From positions 4,154,001 to 4,218,000 of the forward strand of contig OX337229.1 of assembly GCA_946965045.2 (NCBI GenBank): a DNA stretch of 64,000 nucleotides, given 5' to 3'. The translations under genes were made by a program, and so were the position numbers. Source of the DNA: Epithemia pelagica (lineage: Eukaryota > Protista > Bacillariophyta). Positions 1 through 11,741 of the stretch are shown here, one piece after another; position 1 is the stretch's first letter; each line of letters starts with the position of its first letter. The notes beneath the pieces were generated by a model, which was not told the DNA's origin, searched no databases, and saw only the letters and a list, made by a program, of their open reading frames with translations.

Positions 1-810
1 TCTGGTTGGTATTCACGATGCACGTGCACACCACGATGGAGGAGCCAACAGGAGCCCGTCGGTAGTTGTCCTCTTGTTGGCAACCATCACGGGACTACGT
101 GTCACCTCTCAGGTATTGACTTTCATGTTTCTCATCATACTATAGGTGGAGACCAAGGCCTACTTTCTAAAGCTAGCTGTAGAATCTACGAGAAGAATCC
201 TTTCTCTCTGCGGTATTCGTGTGCTCGGTCGACTGACACGCCGTGGAGGCGGTTCCCACACAGAACTTCGAATGAATGCTAGTGTGGGCGTCCATCGCAC
301 ACCCGCTTCCTCTCCTCGGAATGCCCCACCTGTTATTAGTGTTATGTGTGTGCTCCTTCTCAAAGCGCCTCCAAAAGAGGGGTGGAAGACACATGAAACT
401 CTATATGACACTACGAATCACGAGCAACCCAATTCGAAGCTATACTACTAGCACTAGGTAGTATCCCTCTCCTACTCCTACCTATCTATCCACACTTGTT
501 CTGATATCTTCGTTCCAATGATTCCGTTTCGTACACATGTATATCTCGAGACAAACCATAGATCGGATGCCACGAACAGATTCACCGAACAATACATGAA
601 CTGAAATCGGTTTTGTTGTATCCGGTTTGGATCATGTTTTGCTCATTGTTTTCTCCTCCAAGTACTCTCAAAACAACACGAGAGAGGATTCACCACACAA
701 ACTCTCGCCCAGTAAACCAAACAAAGTCCCTAGTAGAGAAATCTGTTGGATTGTTGGTTGTTTGGCATTTGATTGATTGACCCACCAAGAACCAATCCTC
801 CAAGGCTTTC

Positions 811-2361
811 ATGTATCCTGTCAAACCTCGCAGCAGTACCATGACCACCATTACCAACAACCCTCGTAGTAGCAGCAGTCCCGTTTTGTTGCTCCCCAAG
901 AAAAAGTCCATGCCCTATGGTCGTCGTGGTGGCAGCAGTAATCAGTACCACTCGTCGTCGACGGGTTTGACGGTGAATCGGTGTTTGTGGATTTTTGTTC
1001 TGGGCTTTGTCTTGGGCAGTCTTACCTTGCATCCCGTATGGACGAACAGCAGCAGTAGTGAAGTTGCACAAGAACAACCAATGGATCTTGTCGTTGTCCC
1101 GGTGAGTCCCGATCGTTCCCTGTCAACCACCACAGAGGCATCCACCGCCAATACCCGAATCTTGTTGGATGAACCAGGATCCATGTTGCGGAGCACCAAA
1201 ACCACAGAGGCATCCTCCCATCACCACCACCACCACGACCATACAAAGGCTACTCGTTTGCGGGACCGTCGTCATTTGCATCCTTCCGTCTTGACGACAA
1301 CGACCAGCCACAACAACAACAAGAAGGACACAGCACTGCTGCCGCCGCAGTCCTCGTCCTTGCTTCGCATGGGCCAAGCCTTGTCCCGTACCCCCATTGG
1401 TCATTTGGGTCCCCAAAAAACCTCTCGTCACAGCCTCTTGTACTATGACACCTTGTTTTATTTGAGTTTGCAGTATGGTCCAGAGGCTCGTTCCTTGTTG
1501 GAAGTGGGATGTGCCGCCGATCCCTTTGTTCAATACTTGACATGGATTCCACAACGAACCTGTGTGGCACCCTATCAAGTCCAATACAATGGCAACAATC
1601 ATGGAGGCAGTACGCGGACCACGCGTCGTCCAGCGACAGATGCTACTACCGTGAAAGCATCATCTTATTCGTCCCGCAACACCCAAGCAACGTCCGACAT
1701 GCAATTTGTACAAGCCGATTTTATGCAGTATCATGGGACACCGCACAATGTTTACAACCTCAAGAGTCCATCATCTACTGCGGCAGCTACCAGCCAGGAC
1801 GACGACTTGTTTGATTTGTTGATTTGCAGTCAAGTCGTGGAACACGTGGCGAATCCCGGAGCCTTTTTGCACAAGCTCGTGTCGACCGCCAAGACGAGTA
1901 TTGTTTCGGTACCCTATCAGTGGCCGGATTGTGGTCCCAATTGTCATCACATTTCCAACAATATTGATTTGAATACCATTTGGTCCTGGACCGCACCGTA
2001 CAATTATGCTCCCCAATATTATGCCATTGTCGACGAAACCCTCCATCCCACCATGACCTCCACGACGACTGCGACCATGACCAAACGCATTGTCTTGGTC
2101 TATCACAATCCCAAGGTGGTCACTGCCAAAGGCAGTGGAGTTAGCCATGCTCCTGTTCTAGCAAATCACAAGCCAGCGGCCCTTCACTCCAAGACAATGA
2201 CCCTCCACTCCGGTAACGGCCAAGACAAGGAAGAATTCGTAGAAGAAGAAGAAGGTGATGACGATGATAGTACCACCGAAGAAGAAGAAGACGGCGAACA
2301 AGGCCACAAGAAGAATACGGCTGCTGCTTCCACTGCTTCCGGTATGGCTAGCATAGAGTAA
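811..2361 (+). CDS. Type II membrane-anchored class I SAM-dependent methyltransferase-like protein
   Basis: 516-aa ORF. Hydrophobic segment CLWIFVLGFVLGSLTL is followed by a low-complexity S/T/H stem, then LLEVGC (motif I-like), FVQADFM and FDLLICSQVVEHV.NPGAFL (Methyltransf_11/23-type motifs). Acidic C-terminal tail. Confidence 0.7.
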   Translation: MYPVKPRSSTMTTITNNPRSSSSPVLLLPKKKSMPYGRRGGSSNQYHSSSTGLTVNRCLWIFVLGFVLGSLTLHPVWTNSSSSEVAQEQPMDLVVVPVSPDRSLSTTTEASTANTRILLDEPGSMLRSTKTTEASSHHHHHHDHTKATRLRDRRHLHPSVLTTTTSHNNNKKDTALLPPQSSSLLRMGQALSRTPIGHLGPQKTSRHSLLYYDTLFYLSLQYGPEARSLLEVGCAADPFVQYLTWIPQRTCVAPYQVQYNGNNHGGSTRTTRRPATDATTVKASSYSSRNTQATSDMQFVQADFMQYHGTPHNVYNLKSPSSTAAATSQDDDLFDLLICSQVVEHVANPGAFLHKLVSTAKTSIVSVPYQWPDCGPNCHHISNNIDLNTIWSWTAPYNYAPQYYAIVDETLHPTMTSTTTATMTKRIVLVYHNPKVVTAKGSGVSHAPVLANHKPAALHSKTMTLHSGNGQDKEEFVEEEEGDDDDSTTEEEEDGEQGHKKNTAAASTASGMASIE

Positions 2362-3193
2362 TGAGAGAAATCTGGATGAGGAATAGAGAGCTGCTGCTGT
2401 ACCAGTCTCTCTCAGACTTGCTGAATTCTTGTGTTTGCCTCTTGAACACTCTTTATGGTTGTCCCTTGTTCTATTCGCCGTTGCCCCAACACCACGGCCA
2501 GAGTCCGTACAACTTCCGTAGGTAGTCAGATAGAATCATTTAGTTGAGATGGTGTTGTGTGTGCCAGCCATGGACCATTGTGACCATTCGACAAGGAATG
2601 GTATATTCTGTCAAGGATATTGTTTATGACACAAAGTTCGGATTTCAGCGTGGAAACGAGTTTGCGGGCAAAGCCCCCAAAGGACAAGCTTTGCCTTTCG
2701 TTGCTTCTTCCTGGACCATCACAGTAGATGTTAATTTCGTGTACACTGTCTGTGATACGGATTTCATGGCTCGACGACTCCAGACAGGGAGGGAGCAGCG
2801 AAACTTCACAGGCATCGTCGTCGTCATTCCCCTCCAAAGAACCGAAACTACCACTGGATCGTCATACGTTCTGTCCAATCCATCGAAATCGAATGCTGTG
2901 TTGTCTGGTTCGGTGATTCTCCACCCGATCACCGAGTGCTCCATTTTATGCGCGCACGGTGAGCTTTGACATATGCGCGCCATTCCTTCAATGAAATCCG
3001 CGACTCAGATAGGAAGCAAGTCTGAGCATTTCCAAAAAGACACGACGCAACACGCAACGGATGGGTGATGAGAAGGGGAAAGTGTGGTGCATTTGAAGAA
3101 CCCATGATCCAAATCCGTCACCTCTTTAAGACTTTTGGTACTACAAGCAGAACCGAAGAGAACAAAGTCACCCATATCGTCATCTGAGAAACA

Positions 3194-3934
3194 ATGTCAT
3201 CACAGTCGCAGCAGAGTGTCGCGGCGCCCGAGTCGGCTAAAATTGAGGAGGAAACCACCTCGTCGTCGACTCGAGGTTTGTCGGTCAACTTGAGTGGACT
3301 CATGAAGTCGTCTTCGATTTTGACCCGCGCCAAGTTCTTTCGGACGCTTTCCCATTGGGCCTTTACCGTCTGCGATGCCGACGATACCGGTCGAGTGAAT
3401 AAGGATGAATTGTATGCTGGAATCTTGCTCGTCCATGTCAATTTGGCCAAATACGTGGGTGCCGCCGCGTGTTATCCACCCCGTCGAGCCGTCGTGGACC
3501 AATTGTTTGGTGCCTTTGATACACAGCGTGCCGGAACCATTGGAGAAGATGAATTTTTTCAAATCTTGCAAATTTGCACCGTCGACATTGCCAAACGCAT
3601 TGCTGTATACTTTGCCATTTTAATTTTGCTCGTCCCTTACCTGGCCGAAGCCATGATCCATGCCATATTGCACTTGGATGAGCTACTGGGATGGAATTTG
3701 ACCAAGACGCAATTGACCATTTTTCAGTGGATCGAAGCCATTTTGTCGTGGAATCAAGTAGCCGAACAAGTACTGGGATTGGGCCTCCTATTTCTCATCA
3801 TTCCCATTATCTTTGCCTTTATCGATCAACAATCTACCGAAAAAGCTCTTGCTGTGTCCACAAACAGTGATACGGCTCCCACCTCATCGAACGAGGACGG
3901 ATCAAAAGCCAACGATACGAAAAAGAATGTATAA
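3194..3934 (+). CDS. EF-hand-containing membrane protein
   Basis: 246-aa ORF with two EF-hand-like loops (DADDTGRVNKDEL, DTQRAGTIGEDEF) followed by hydrophobic helices. Confidence 0.7.
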   Translation: MSSQSQQSVAAPESAKIEEETTSSSTRGLSVNLSGLMKSSSILTRAKFFRTLSHWAFTVCDADDTGRVNKDELYAGILLVHVNLAKYVGAAACYPPRRAVVDQLFGAFDTQRAGTIGEDEFFQILQICTVDIAKRIAVYFAILILLVPYLAEAMIHAILHLDELLGWNLTKTQLTIFQWIEAILSWNQVAEQVLGLGLLFLIIPIIFAFIDQQSTEKALAVSTNSDTAPTSSNEDGSKANDTKKNV

Positions 3935-4179
3935 GAATCATTTTTACAAACAAATACACACAAGAGAATCTGTTTGCATTGTATTATTTATAATTTTGAA
4001 TCTCTCTCTGTATCCCAGGGTGTTTATGTTGACGGGCTCTCTCTCTCTCTCTCTATCAGCTCTGTGACTCATCTAGGATTGCAATGTGTCATCCTCTCAA
4101 TCAATGTGTGATTTGTAAAAATATGAATATGTGCTCTTCCCGTTAAAAGAGTTTCCGATCGTAACAATAAATGACTTGT

Positions 4180-5508
4180 TTATGCTTGAGGTTGGTCCGG
4201 TCGTTGTTCATTCAGGTCCTGTCCAGCAACACCGATAGGACTTCGCCCAAAACGTCGTGCTCCAAAGCAAAAGGAAGATCGGTAAGACCATAGTTCCGCT
4301 TTTTCACCGTCTTTGGTCCGAAACATGATGGAAACTAGTCTTCGACGAGCAATGATTCCATGGTTCGAGCTTCGATATTCACATTCGGCCGTGGCAAACC
4401 TCATACCACTGCGACAGGGATCCAAGACAAACAGGTTAAAGACATCATTTCGCAGCCGTGCGTGTTCCGATCGCGGCAAGCTACCATCCAGTCGGAAAAA
4501 CCCGTTCGTTACCTTGTCCATAACTTCTCGTAGCGACGAGATTGTGGGGGGATATTGTGCTTCCTCGACTTTCGCCTCGGGTTGTTTCTTGTTCTTGCGT
4601 GTGCCCTTCTTTTTCCGTCTACCCCTGAGACGCGATTTGGGTAGGTTTCGTTCTTCCTCTTCTTCGACATTCTGTCCCACAAGAGATATTTGAGCTTTCA
4701 TTCCACTGTACCGACTTCGGTGGATATCGCACTCTTGAAACTCTCGCAGTTGCTTGACTGCCTGCAGCCGCGGATAGCGCAACACGACACCCTCGGGCAA
4801 AAACCCTGGTTGCAAAAACTCCCACTCCGCAACCATGCGATTGATCAAAGTCTCCTTATCAGGAATAGACCACCCCCATTGCAATCGAACCTCTTGTTCC
4901 ACGTCTTGGTAATACACCACGGGTAATCGTGGTTCGCCTGCGGTACCGTGTGTTCGGTCGGGCAAGGGGGTAGCATTTTGTAACGGCGATTGGTGATCGA
5001 GACGTCGTTCCGCCACTCCCCGTAATCGTCCATTCACACCACGCAACGTGCGCAAACAGGAGTTGGAACAAAAGGACAAGACATGATCCACCAAATCCTC
5101 CGGTTGTTGATTGTCCGAAAACAACAACGACAAACCAGTCTGTGATGGGAATGATGAGTCGCCTTTTATGGCGAATTCAACCGTCATGCTCTCCTTTTTC
5201 TTGTCTTCTTCTTCATCGTCATCATCGTTATCTATCCGAGCATCTTGGCCGTCTTCGCTGGCAACTGTTTTACTGCAGGAGACAGACGACAGAGAGACAA
5301 CTGCGCTGTTATTGTCATCATCCGTTCGTGTCTCACGGAATCTTCTTGTGGATCGAGTTTCATTGTCATCGTGATCATCGCCCTCCAAAGTCTCGTCATG
5401 CGAGCGTTTTGGAGGAGATTCTTTCGTGGAGGTGTCAAACCTCACAACCGAGGACTTTTTCAGGACCATGGTGCGATCTGATGTTTGGTCCATCGCAAAT
5501 AAGAGCAA
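4180..5508 (-). CDS. Hypothetical protein with F-box-like motif
   Basis: 442-aa ORF. PEDLVDHVLSFCSNSCLRTLRGVNGRLR resembles the F-box consensus. Acidic N-terminus and a basic stretch. Confidence 0.5.
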   Translation of the reverse strand: MLLFAMDQTSDRTMVLKKSSVVRFDTSTKESPPKRSHDETLEGDDHDDNETRSTRRFRETRTDDDNNSAVVSLSSVSCSKTVASEDGQDARIDNDDDDEEEDKKKESMTVEFAIKGDSSFPSQTGLSLLFSDNQQPEDLVDHVLSFCSNSCLRTLRGVNGRLRGVAERRLDHQSPLQNATPLPDRTHGTAGEPRLPVVYYQDVEQEVRLQWGWSIPDKETLINRMVAEWEFLQPGFLPEGVVLRYPRLQAVKQLREFQECDIHRSRYSGMKAQISLVGQNVEEEEERNLPKSRLRGRRKKKGTRKNKKQPEAKVEEAQYPPTISSLREVMDKVTNGFFRLDGSLPRSEHARLRNDVFNLFVLDPCRSGMRFATAECEYRSSNHGIIARRRLVSIMFRTKDGEKAELWSYRSSFCFGARRFGRSPIGVAGQDLNEQRPDQPQA

Positions 5509-6298
5509 GACTCGCCTCTGTTGACGCGGGCTTGTCTGTGTCTATTAGTGTGTGTGTCCTCTACACAGAAGTTTCTTACGACAGGTTGTTGGGGACCCGG
5601 ATAATGAAGAATCTGCTGTGACTGACGGAGACCCGTAGGTCTGGAAATGAAGAAGGACAGGGGGAAGGAACGGCCTTGCCGACCGCGGACAGAGAAGGGA
5701 AAAGTCGCAAGTCACCAACAAATGACGGCAGAAAACGAGGGCTTAGGCTGAGACTCTATCGAGCAAACCTCGTTACCAGATACGTTCTTGCTTCCAACAC
5801 TAGGCTCATCAGAATAAAGAAGAGTGAAATGGAAATGATTTAGCGCATCGTAGATCGTAACTCGGTCCGCTCGAGCTATGCTCATGATGTTGCGAATTGC
5901 GAAAGTCCCCTCTCAAGCTACAAGCTGGTTCACGTTGCGGAGTGCATGAGTTTTTCATAGTGGGAAATTGTATTCTACACTTTAACCCACAGTACCCCAG
6001 CGTTTCGGATCACTTACGGTTTTCGTGTTCCTCACATTTTGTCACGCACATATTGAAAAATGCAAAATGCAATAACGACTTGTGACCGCTTCATGCGACG
6101 ATGGCCATTCGCCGGTCGAAATGCGAAACACCACCCAACCTAATCGATAGGATAGATATAAAAGTAGTAGAAAATCATAGGGGTGTCGCGCATTTTGACC
6201 TGTGGTTCAGTCTACAGGAGCAGTGAAAGTAGCTACTGTCGAACATCGTGGGCAGTCCCCTCATCCTCCATCTCTCTGCCTGTGCCCGAACAGACAAA

Positions 6299-9200
6299 AT
6301 GGTTCAATCATATACAGGGCCATACACAACCATATGCGACGAATTTGGCTTCAGATGCCATCCAATACGCTTCCTCTGGACAAACCGGTGGATTATTGAC
6401 GCTGAGATTGCCATCTTCTTGAAGCAGTGGATTCCGGAATTATCCGACGCAACAATGATGAATCGATCTTTAATGCGCTCAGGTAGTGAATGGCGACTCC
6501 ATTTCCTATCGCAAGAGTGGAATCCCAAGGGTATCTACCGCCACGAGGTGCGACGTCGAGGTGGGAAACAAATATTCTACTATGTTTCGGCTCGTCAGAC
6601 CGATCCACCACCTCAATTCAACCACACTATTGACGAGTGGCTTAAATTCATAAGCCACAATCGGATTCGAATTGGAGGGAGGAACAAACGCAAGAAACCC
6701 ACAACACCAATCAAGGATGATGAAACTGCCACAACGGCAGCGTCATCACCACCAAGCCCAGAGCAGATTTTGGAAGAGGCACTGGAAACCACCACAACAA
6801 CAACAACCACAGGCACAGGAAACGACAATGGAAACAACAACAACAACGAGCATTCCAATGCCTCCAGTGACTCTTCTGCCGTAGATTTCTTCGACCGGCC
6901 CGTTGTGAGCAAAATCTTTGGTCCGAGAGTGAATGGGGAGACAACAAGAAAGAAGCTGGAACGGTGGATTGAGTCACTTGAAATGGCGGAACAACGGTTT
7001 GATTGTTTTTTGACTCTTGTCAACAAGGGCCAAGATGAGCCACCGCCAAACTCTTGTGTCCCAAAGATGCTTATGAGGATGCGGGTGCTGAGGCTTGCGT
7101 ATGAGCGAGCCCTGCACACCATGGAGGATGGTGCCACGTGGACTTCGTGTTGCAAATATGCAACCGAACGGAGTAGAATCTCAAAAAGCGGTCTGCAGAA
7201 TTGGCGGACTGTGCAAAGAGCCAACGTTGCATTCCGGTTCAGCGGCAAGTTCCTGCATCCAAACTGGTACATCCAGATTGGGAAGAAGCCGTGCCCATGC
7301 TTTCTGGCTCAATATCCAGAAGCACTCCCATTGCTGCAGAAGTGGGCGAGCCAACATCTGGAGACCCTCTCCTGCGAGATGGCAGCCATGTACATTCGAG
7401 ACAGTTTGATCCCATTGATATATAAAAAAGAGCAACAGGCGGACACCGAAGATGGGGAGCCATCCACAGAGCCGCTCACGTTGGACGAGTTCCGTCAAAA
7501 AGTGAATCTCCCCAGTGTTTCAGTCGGTGCGGCATGAAAGATTCTCACATATGCTGGGTTTCGATTCTCTGAAACAAAGAAGACATACTACACGGACCGT
7601 CACGAGGACGCCGACAATGTTCAAGCCCGGAAGCAGTTCATTTCAAAATACTTCGAGTTGGAAAAGCTTGCGCATCGATGGATTCAGATTCCATCCGACC
7701 AAGCAATCAAACTAGAAAACGGGGAGATTGAGGGTGTCTCCGAAAAGCTCATGAAGGATGTTTGGGCTTTCGAGTTTCGAGACCCTTCAACGAACCAAAC
7801 AATGCGAGAATACCATGTAGATTGTTTTCCTGATGTGTTTTCATCATACATTAGAGATGAAAACAAGCTGCTGGGAGGAAATTTGTCGCATCGTTTCCCT
7901 TCTGAGCGTCGTCCTGTTGTGCTTGTTGGCCAAGATGAAGCCATTTTCAAGCAATGGTCCTTCTCGAAGAAGAGTTGGGGGGACCACAAAGGGCGTGGAG
8001 TTCTTTTGCCCAAAGACGACGGGCACGGTTTAATGCTTAGTGCATTCGTGAGTCGCGCATGGGGGTTCTATTCAGACAACTCAGGCGAAGTTGTCCTGCT
8101 CACCCCCGAGAAGCTTGAGGCAATCAATCAATCTCGTCGAGCGCAGACGTACTTGGCCGAGGACTCTGCCAGTCAAGTACTTGGTGGCAGCAGCAAGCGG
8201 ATCCGGCAGATCACGGATGCCAGTGCGTTCTGCACGTATTTTGACTATGGATCCAACAATGATGGCTGGTGGAACTACGATCACATGGCCCTCCAATTTG
8301 AGGACTTGGTTGATTGTTTGATGGTCCTCTATCCATCCTTTGATTTCGCTTTTCTCTTTGACAACAGTAGCGGTCATGGACGAAAACAGAAGGATGGGCT
8401 CAACGAGAAGACCATGAACAAGGATTGGGGTGGAGTGGTACCCAAAATGCATGAGACAATTGTTGAGTGCATCGGTCCATATCCACACCCTCATCGTCTT
8501 CAGCCAGGGTCGAAGCAATCCATGGTATACACGGATGCGGACCCTGGCCCATTTGCTTATAAGGGTGTTCCTCTCACTGAGGAGCAACGACAACGAATGA
8601 AGTTCGACCACCCAACCAATCAAACAAAGAAACACAAGCTGTCCAAGAAAGAATTGATTGGTGAGCTCATTCGCCATGACATTCAACAAGGAGCTCAACA
8701 TGGCGACAGGGCACTTCAAGCCTACCATTCCAAATCCCTTGACCAGCTCCAGGCAATTTCAACAGCAAGGCAGCTACCAACCGAGGTAGACCGAGTTGTC
8801 ATGGAGCAGGGCTGGCTCGGGCAACCAAAGGGTCTCTTCCAAGTTCTGGGCGAGCGTGGTTTCATTGACACCACCAAGCTCCAGGAATACCGCAAGGACA
8901 TGAGTAAGACATGGTTGGATGGTTCAGGACAGGTCCGTGAGGACAAGATGGAGGAATACAAGAAGTATTCCTTGACTTACCTGATGGGATCGTGCGAGGA
9001 CTTCAAGAATGAGAGATCAGCCCTCGAACAACTGGCGGCTGATCTCTCGCAGCGATATTCTCGCAACCTTGAAATCCTCGTCACACCAAAATACCACTGC
9101 GAACTGGCGGGTGAAGGGATCGAGTACGCATGGGGTCTTGGGAAGCGATACTTCCGACGCTTGACAAGAAACAAGAAAGGCAACAAGACGAAGTTCATGC

Positions 9201-9448
9201 AAGTGGTGAGAGACAGTATGGGGAAAGTTTCGCTGAGAACCGTTCGCAGGTTCTCAGCGAAAGCAAGGCGGTACATGCTTACCTATTTGTTGTTTGACAG
9301 CAGGAATCAAAGTGCAACAGATGACATCCTGTTTGTCGAAATCGAGAAGTATGTGAATGTGAGTATGAAGACTCACCGGTGCACGCTCGATCAAGAGCAC
9401 TCGTTCATCCAGCAAGTCTGGAAGGAGGCACAAGAAGCAGAACGCTGA
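6299..9448 (+). pseudogene. Large DDE transposase (IS630/Tc1/mariner-like), ~1049 codons with one in-frame TGA at 7535-7537
   Basis: ORFs 6248-7537 and 7658-9448 are in the same frame and joined by open sequence: SVGAA*KILTYAGFRFSETKKTYYTDRHED. Catalytic motifs VGQDEAIF (D 7934), FLFDNSSGH (D 8360) and PKYHCELAGEGIEYAWG (E 9122). Confidence 0.85.
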
Positions 9449-9798
9449 AATTCATATTGTAACACATTTACGTACCATAGAACTCCTCTTCATCTTCATA
9501 CTTGTAGGCTTGTCATGCACGAGACTCTGTTTCACTTTTTCCTGAAGCAAATTTTATGAGAGAATCTTTTTTGTACCTCTCAAGTGCTGCGAAGTTCATT
9601 GGTGACACCAAAAATAGACTGGTCCACAGTGTACAAACGACAGTCTGATGACTGTCAATGCGGTTTTCACTCTCATTCGGAAGCTCAAAGGGGTTGGCGT
9701 TTCTGCGCCTTCTCCAAAAAGTGCAGCAGTCCAAGTTCATAAAAGTGCAGCAGTCAGAATTTTTCGACAGCGACAAAGTGCAGCAGCCTGCAACAGCC

Positions 9799-10751
9799 AT
9801 GGGAAAGCGACAGACACGTTCCGCTACAAAGCAACAGGCGAGTTCCGCAAGAACACGAACAAGAGCAGCAAAGCCGCCTCGTCGCATGCAGCAAAATCGA
9901 AAATACAAAATGGATGAGCTCAATCAGAAACAACGAGCGAGGAAGAAGATTGCAACAACGAGAACGCCACGGGCAGTGAAGCCCACGGCTCCAAAGGCAA
10001 ACCTGTTGGCACAGCAATCAAACACTATGCTCCAAGTAAATACAACAATAAGAAAGGGTCGGGAATCAACAAGAAACACAAGAACAATCTACTTGTCGAA
10101 GGGACAATGATGGTGGACCTAAACGACAATTCACAAAAGTACGAGTGCATTGTTCGGTACGTCGACGAAGACTTGTTTGTCATCAAGCGATCAACCTTGG
10201 ACAACGCTCGTCTCGGGCTTTTTGCAGCAAAGCCCTACAAAAAAGGCGAAATGCTGGGATTCTATGGTGGTAAGGTCCTTGACAAGTCTCGTCCGCCTTC
10301 TGCTTACGCTGTCCGACTGCGTACAAGGCCTTCTGTCTTCGTTGATCCATCCGCGGCAGACCTTTGGATGGGTTTGCACTTTGCAAACGATCCAAACTAT
10401 GCCAAGTATCACGACAACCAACCTGTTGACCCGGACGACAAATGCTACAATGTCCAGGTCGATGGAAAGCTCAAGGCTACAGCCAAACGCAACATTAAAA
10501 AAAATCAAGAGTTGTTCTGGTGCTACAATCTGGCGTCGGGCATGAGGACTGGCAGCCAGGATGAGCAAGATGAATCTTCAGATGGCAACGACGACGAGGA
10601 ATCCGAGAAGTCGGATGATGAAGGAGATGAAGATGAGGATTCAGATTCGGATTCGGATGACGAGGAAGATGACGAAGGCAACAACAACGAGAAAGATCAG
10701 GATTCGCACGACGAAGACGAAGATGACGATGAAGAAGAAGAAAGCGACTAA
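9799..10751 (+). CDS. SET-domain protein (minimal SET plus acidic tail) with basic N-terminus; probable frameshift near 9915
   Basis: 10107-10751 has IKRSTLDNARLGLFAAKPYKKGEMLGFYGG, FANDP and ATAKRNIKKNQELFWCYN (SET signature motifs), then a D/E tail. The frame is open upstream to 9918. The basic MGKRQTRS... segment from ATG 9799 is in a different frame. Confidence 0.75.
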
Positions 10752-10815
10752 GGCCACGATGATGAAAGTAAAGGACAACAATTATTCAGTATTTAGAATG
10801 GTTTATTTTACGTAA

Positions 10816-11741
10816 CTAATACTTGTAGTAGTCCTCCTGACTAAACATGTTTTCCTCCTGCGTATCTTCAAATCCATCATCAACGTGAGAGTCATACGTG
10901 GCGTCATCATCCGACGTCGTTGAAGCAGCCTCACGAAAGAGACTCGGGCTTGCACAACTGTCAGCCATGAAATGCACAGCCCTCTCGGCCTCACGTCTCT
11001 TTTGGGCATGCTTCTCACCAGGCGTCAAGTACTGCCAATCCACCACATTGGATTTCATGACAGTCTCCGCCTCACCAATGGACTCCTCCTTCTTCAATGG
11101 AGTGCAAGTCTCCATCAGCATTCCATCCTCTTGTCCTGAAAACAAAATGAGGTGAGTACTACGATCGTTCCAATCAATTACAAAGGCACAATCAACTTAC
11201 CATTTTCGTTGATTGTTTCATTGTTTCTGGGCTTGTGGCTACGCTCAGACTGCTTAAGCGTTTCCACAATCTCGGCAATCGAGACTTTGCCCGAATGATG
11301 ATGGTGGTTTTGACCAAGCACCAGGGTCGTGGCTCCATTCTCATCACCAAGGATGAGATGCCACTGCGTTGCTTTGTTCAATGCATCCTTGAGCCTCTGC
11401 GCCTTGTCGTCGATGGCCACCGGCATCAATACCACTATGTCCTCGTTTGCTCCTCTTGGAGTCTCCCCTTCAACCACCTTGGAAATGACGAAATCTGGAG
11501 ACTGGGGTGGGGGGAGCTCCGGACTCGTCTTCTTTGTTCGACGCTTCTTGTTTGCGTTCTTCTTCGTGGAGCTCTTCTTCGGAGGGAGCTTCTTGCCCGG
11601 TGTCTTCGCTGGTGTCTTCGCTGGTGTCTTCCCTGGCGTCTTCCCTGGTGGAGGAACAGTATCTTCCTGGATGTCATCCAGGAAGCTTGGTGTTTTGGTG
11701 CGGGTGCGACTTGGGTAGCGACGATGGCTGTTGTTGCTCAT
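10816..11741 (-). CDS. Transposon cargo protein with KTP(G/A) repeats, basic NLS-like tract and acidic tail; intron 11136-11200
   Basis: MSNNSHRRYPSRTRTKTP...GKTPGKTPAKTPAKTPGKKLPPKK. A 65-bp GTAAGT...TTTTCAG intron joins ORF 11178-11954 in frame to ORF 10816-11145 (ENG|QEDG). Confidence 0.65.

Noticed and set aside
1-451. Plus-strand frame with HHDGGANRS (phosphatase HCxxGxxRS-like) and a possible 33-bp intron
   Set aside because: It lacks the catalytic Cys, the intron would be unusually short, and it is truncated by the window edge. No supportable gene call.
2526-2983. Overlapping 100-140 aa ORFs on both strands
   Set aside because: No recognisable motif or consistent splice model.
6613-7272. 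219-aa minus-strand ORF and similar long antisense ORFs (e.g. 8081-8728, 36722-38458, 42211-42903)
   Set aside because: Antisense shadows of genuine plus-strand coding regions.
7535-7537. Alternative genetic code (TGA=Trp) as an explanation for the transposase stop
   Set aside because: Neighbouring nuclear genes use TGA as a normal terminator (e.g. the MULE and kinase-region ORFs, the mL54 stop) and TGG for Trp.
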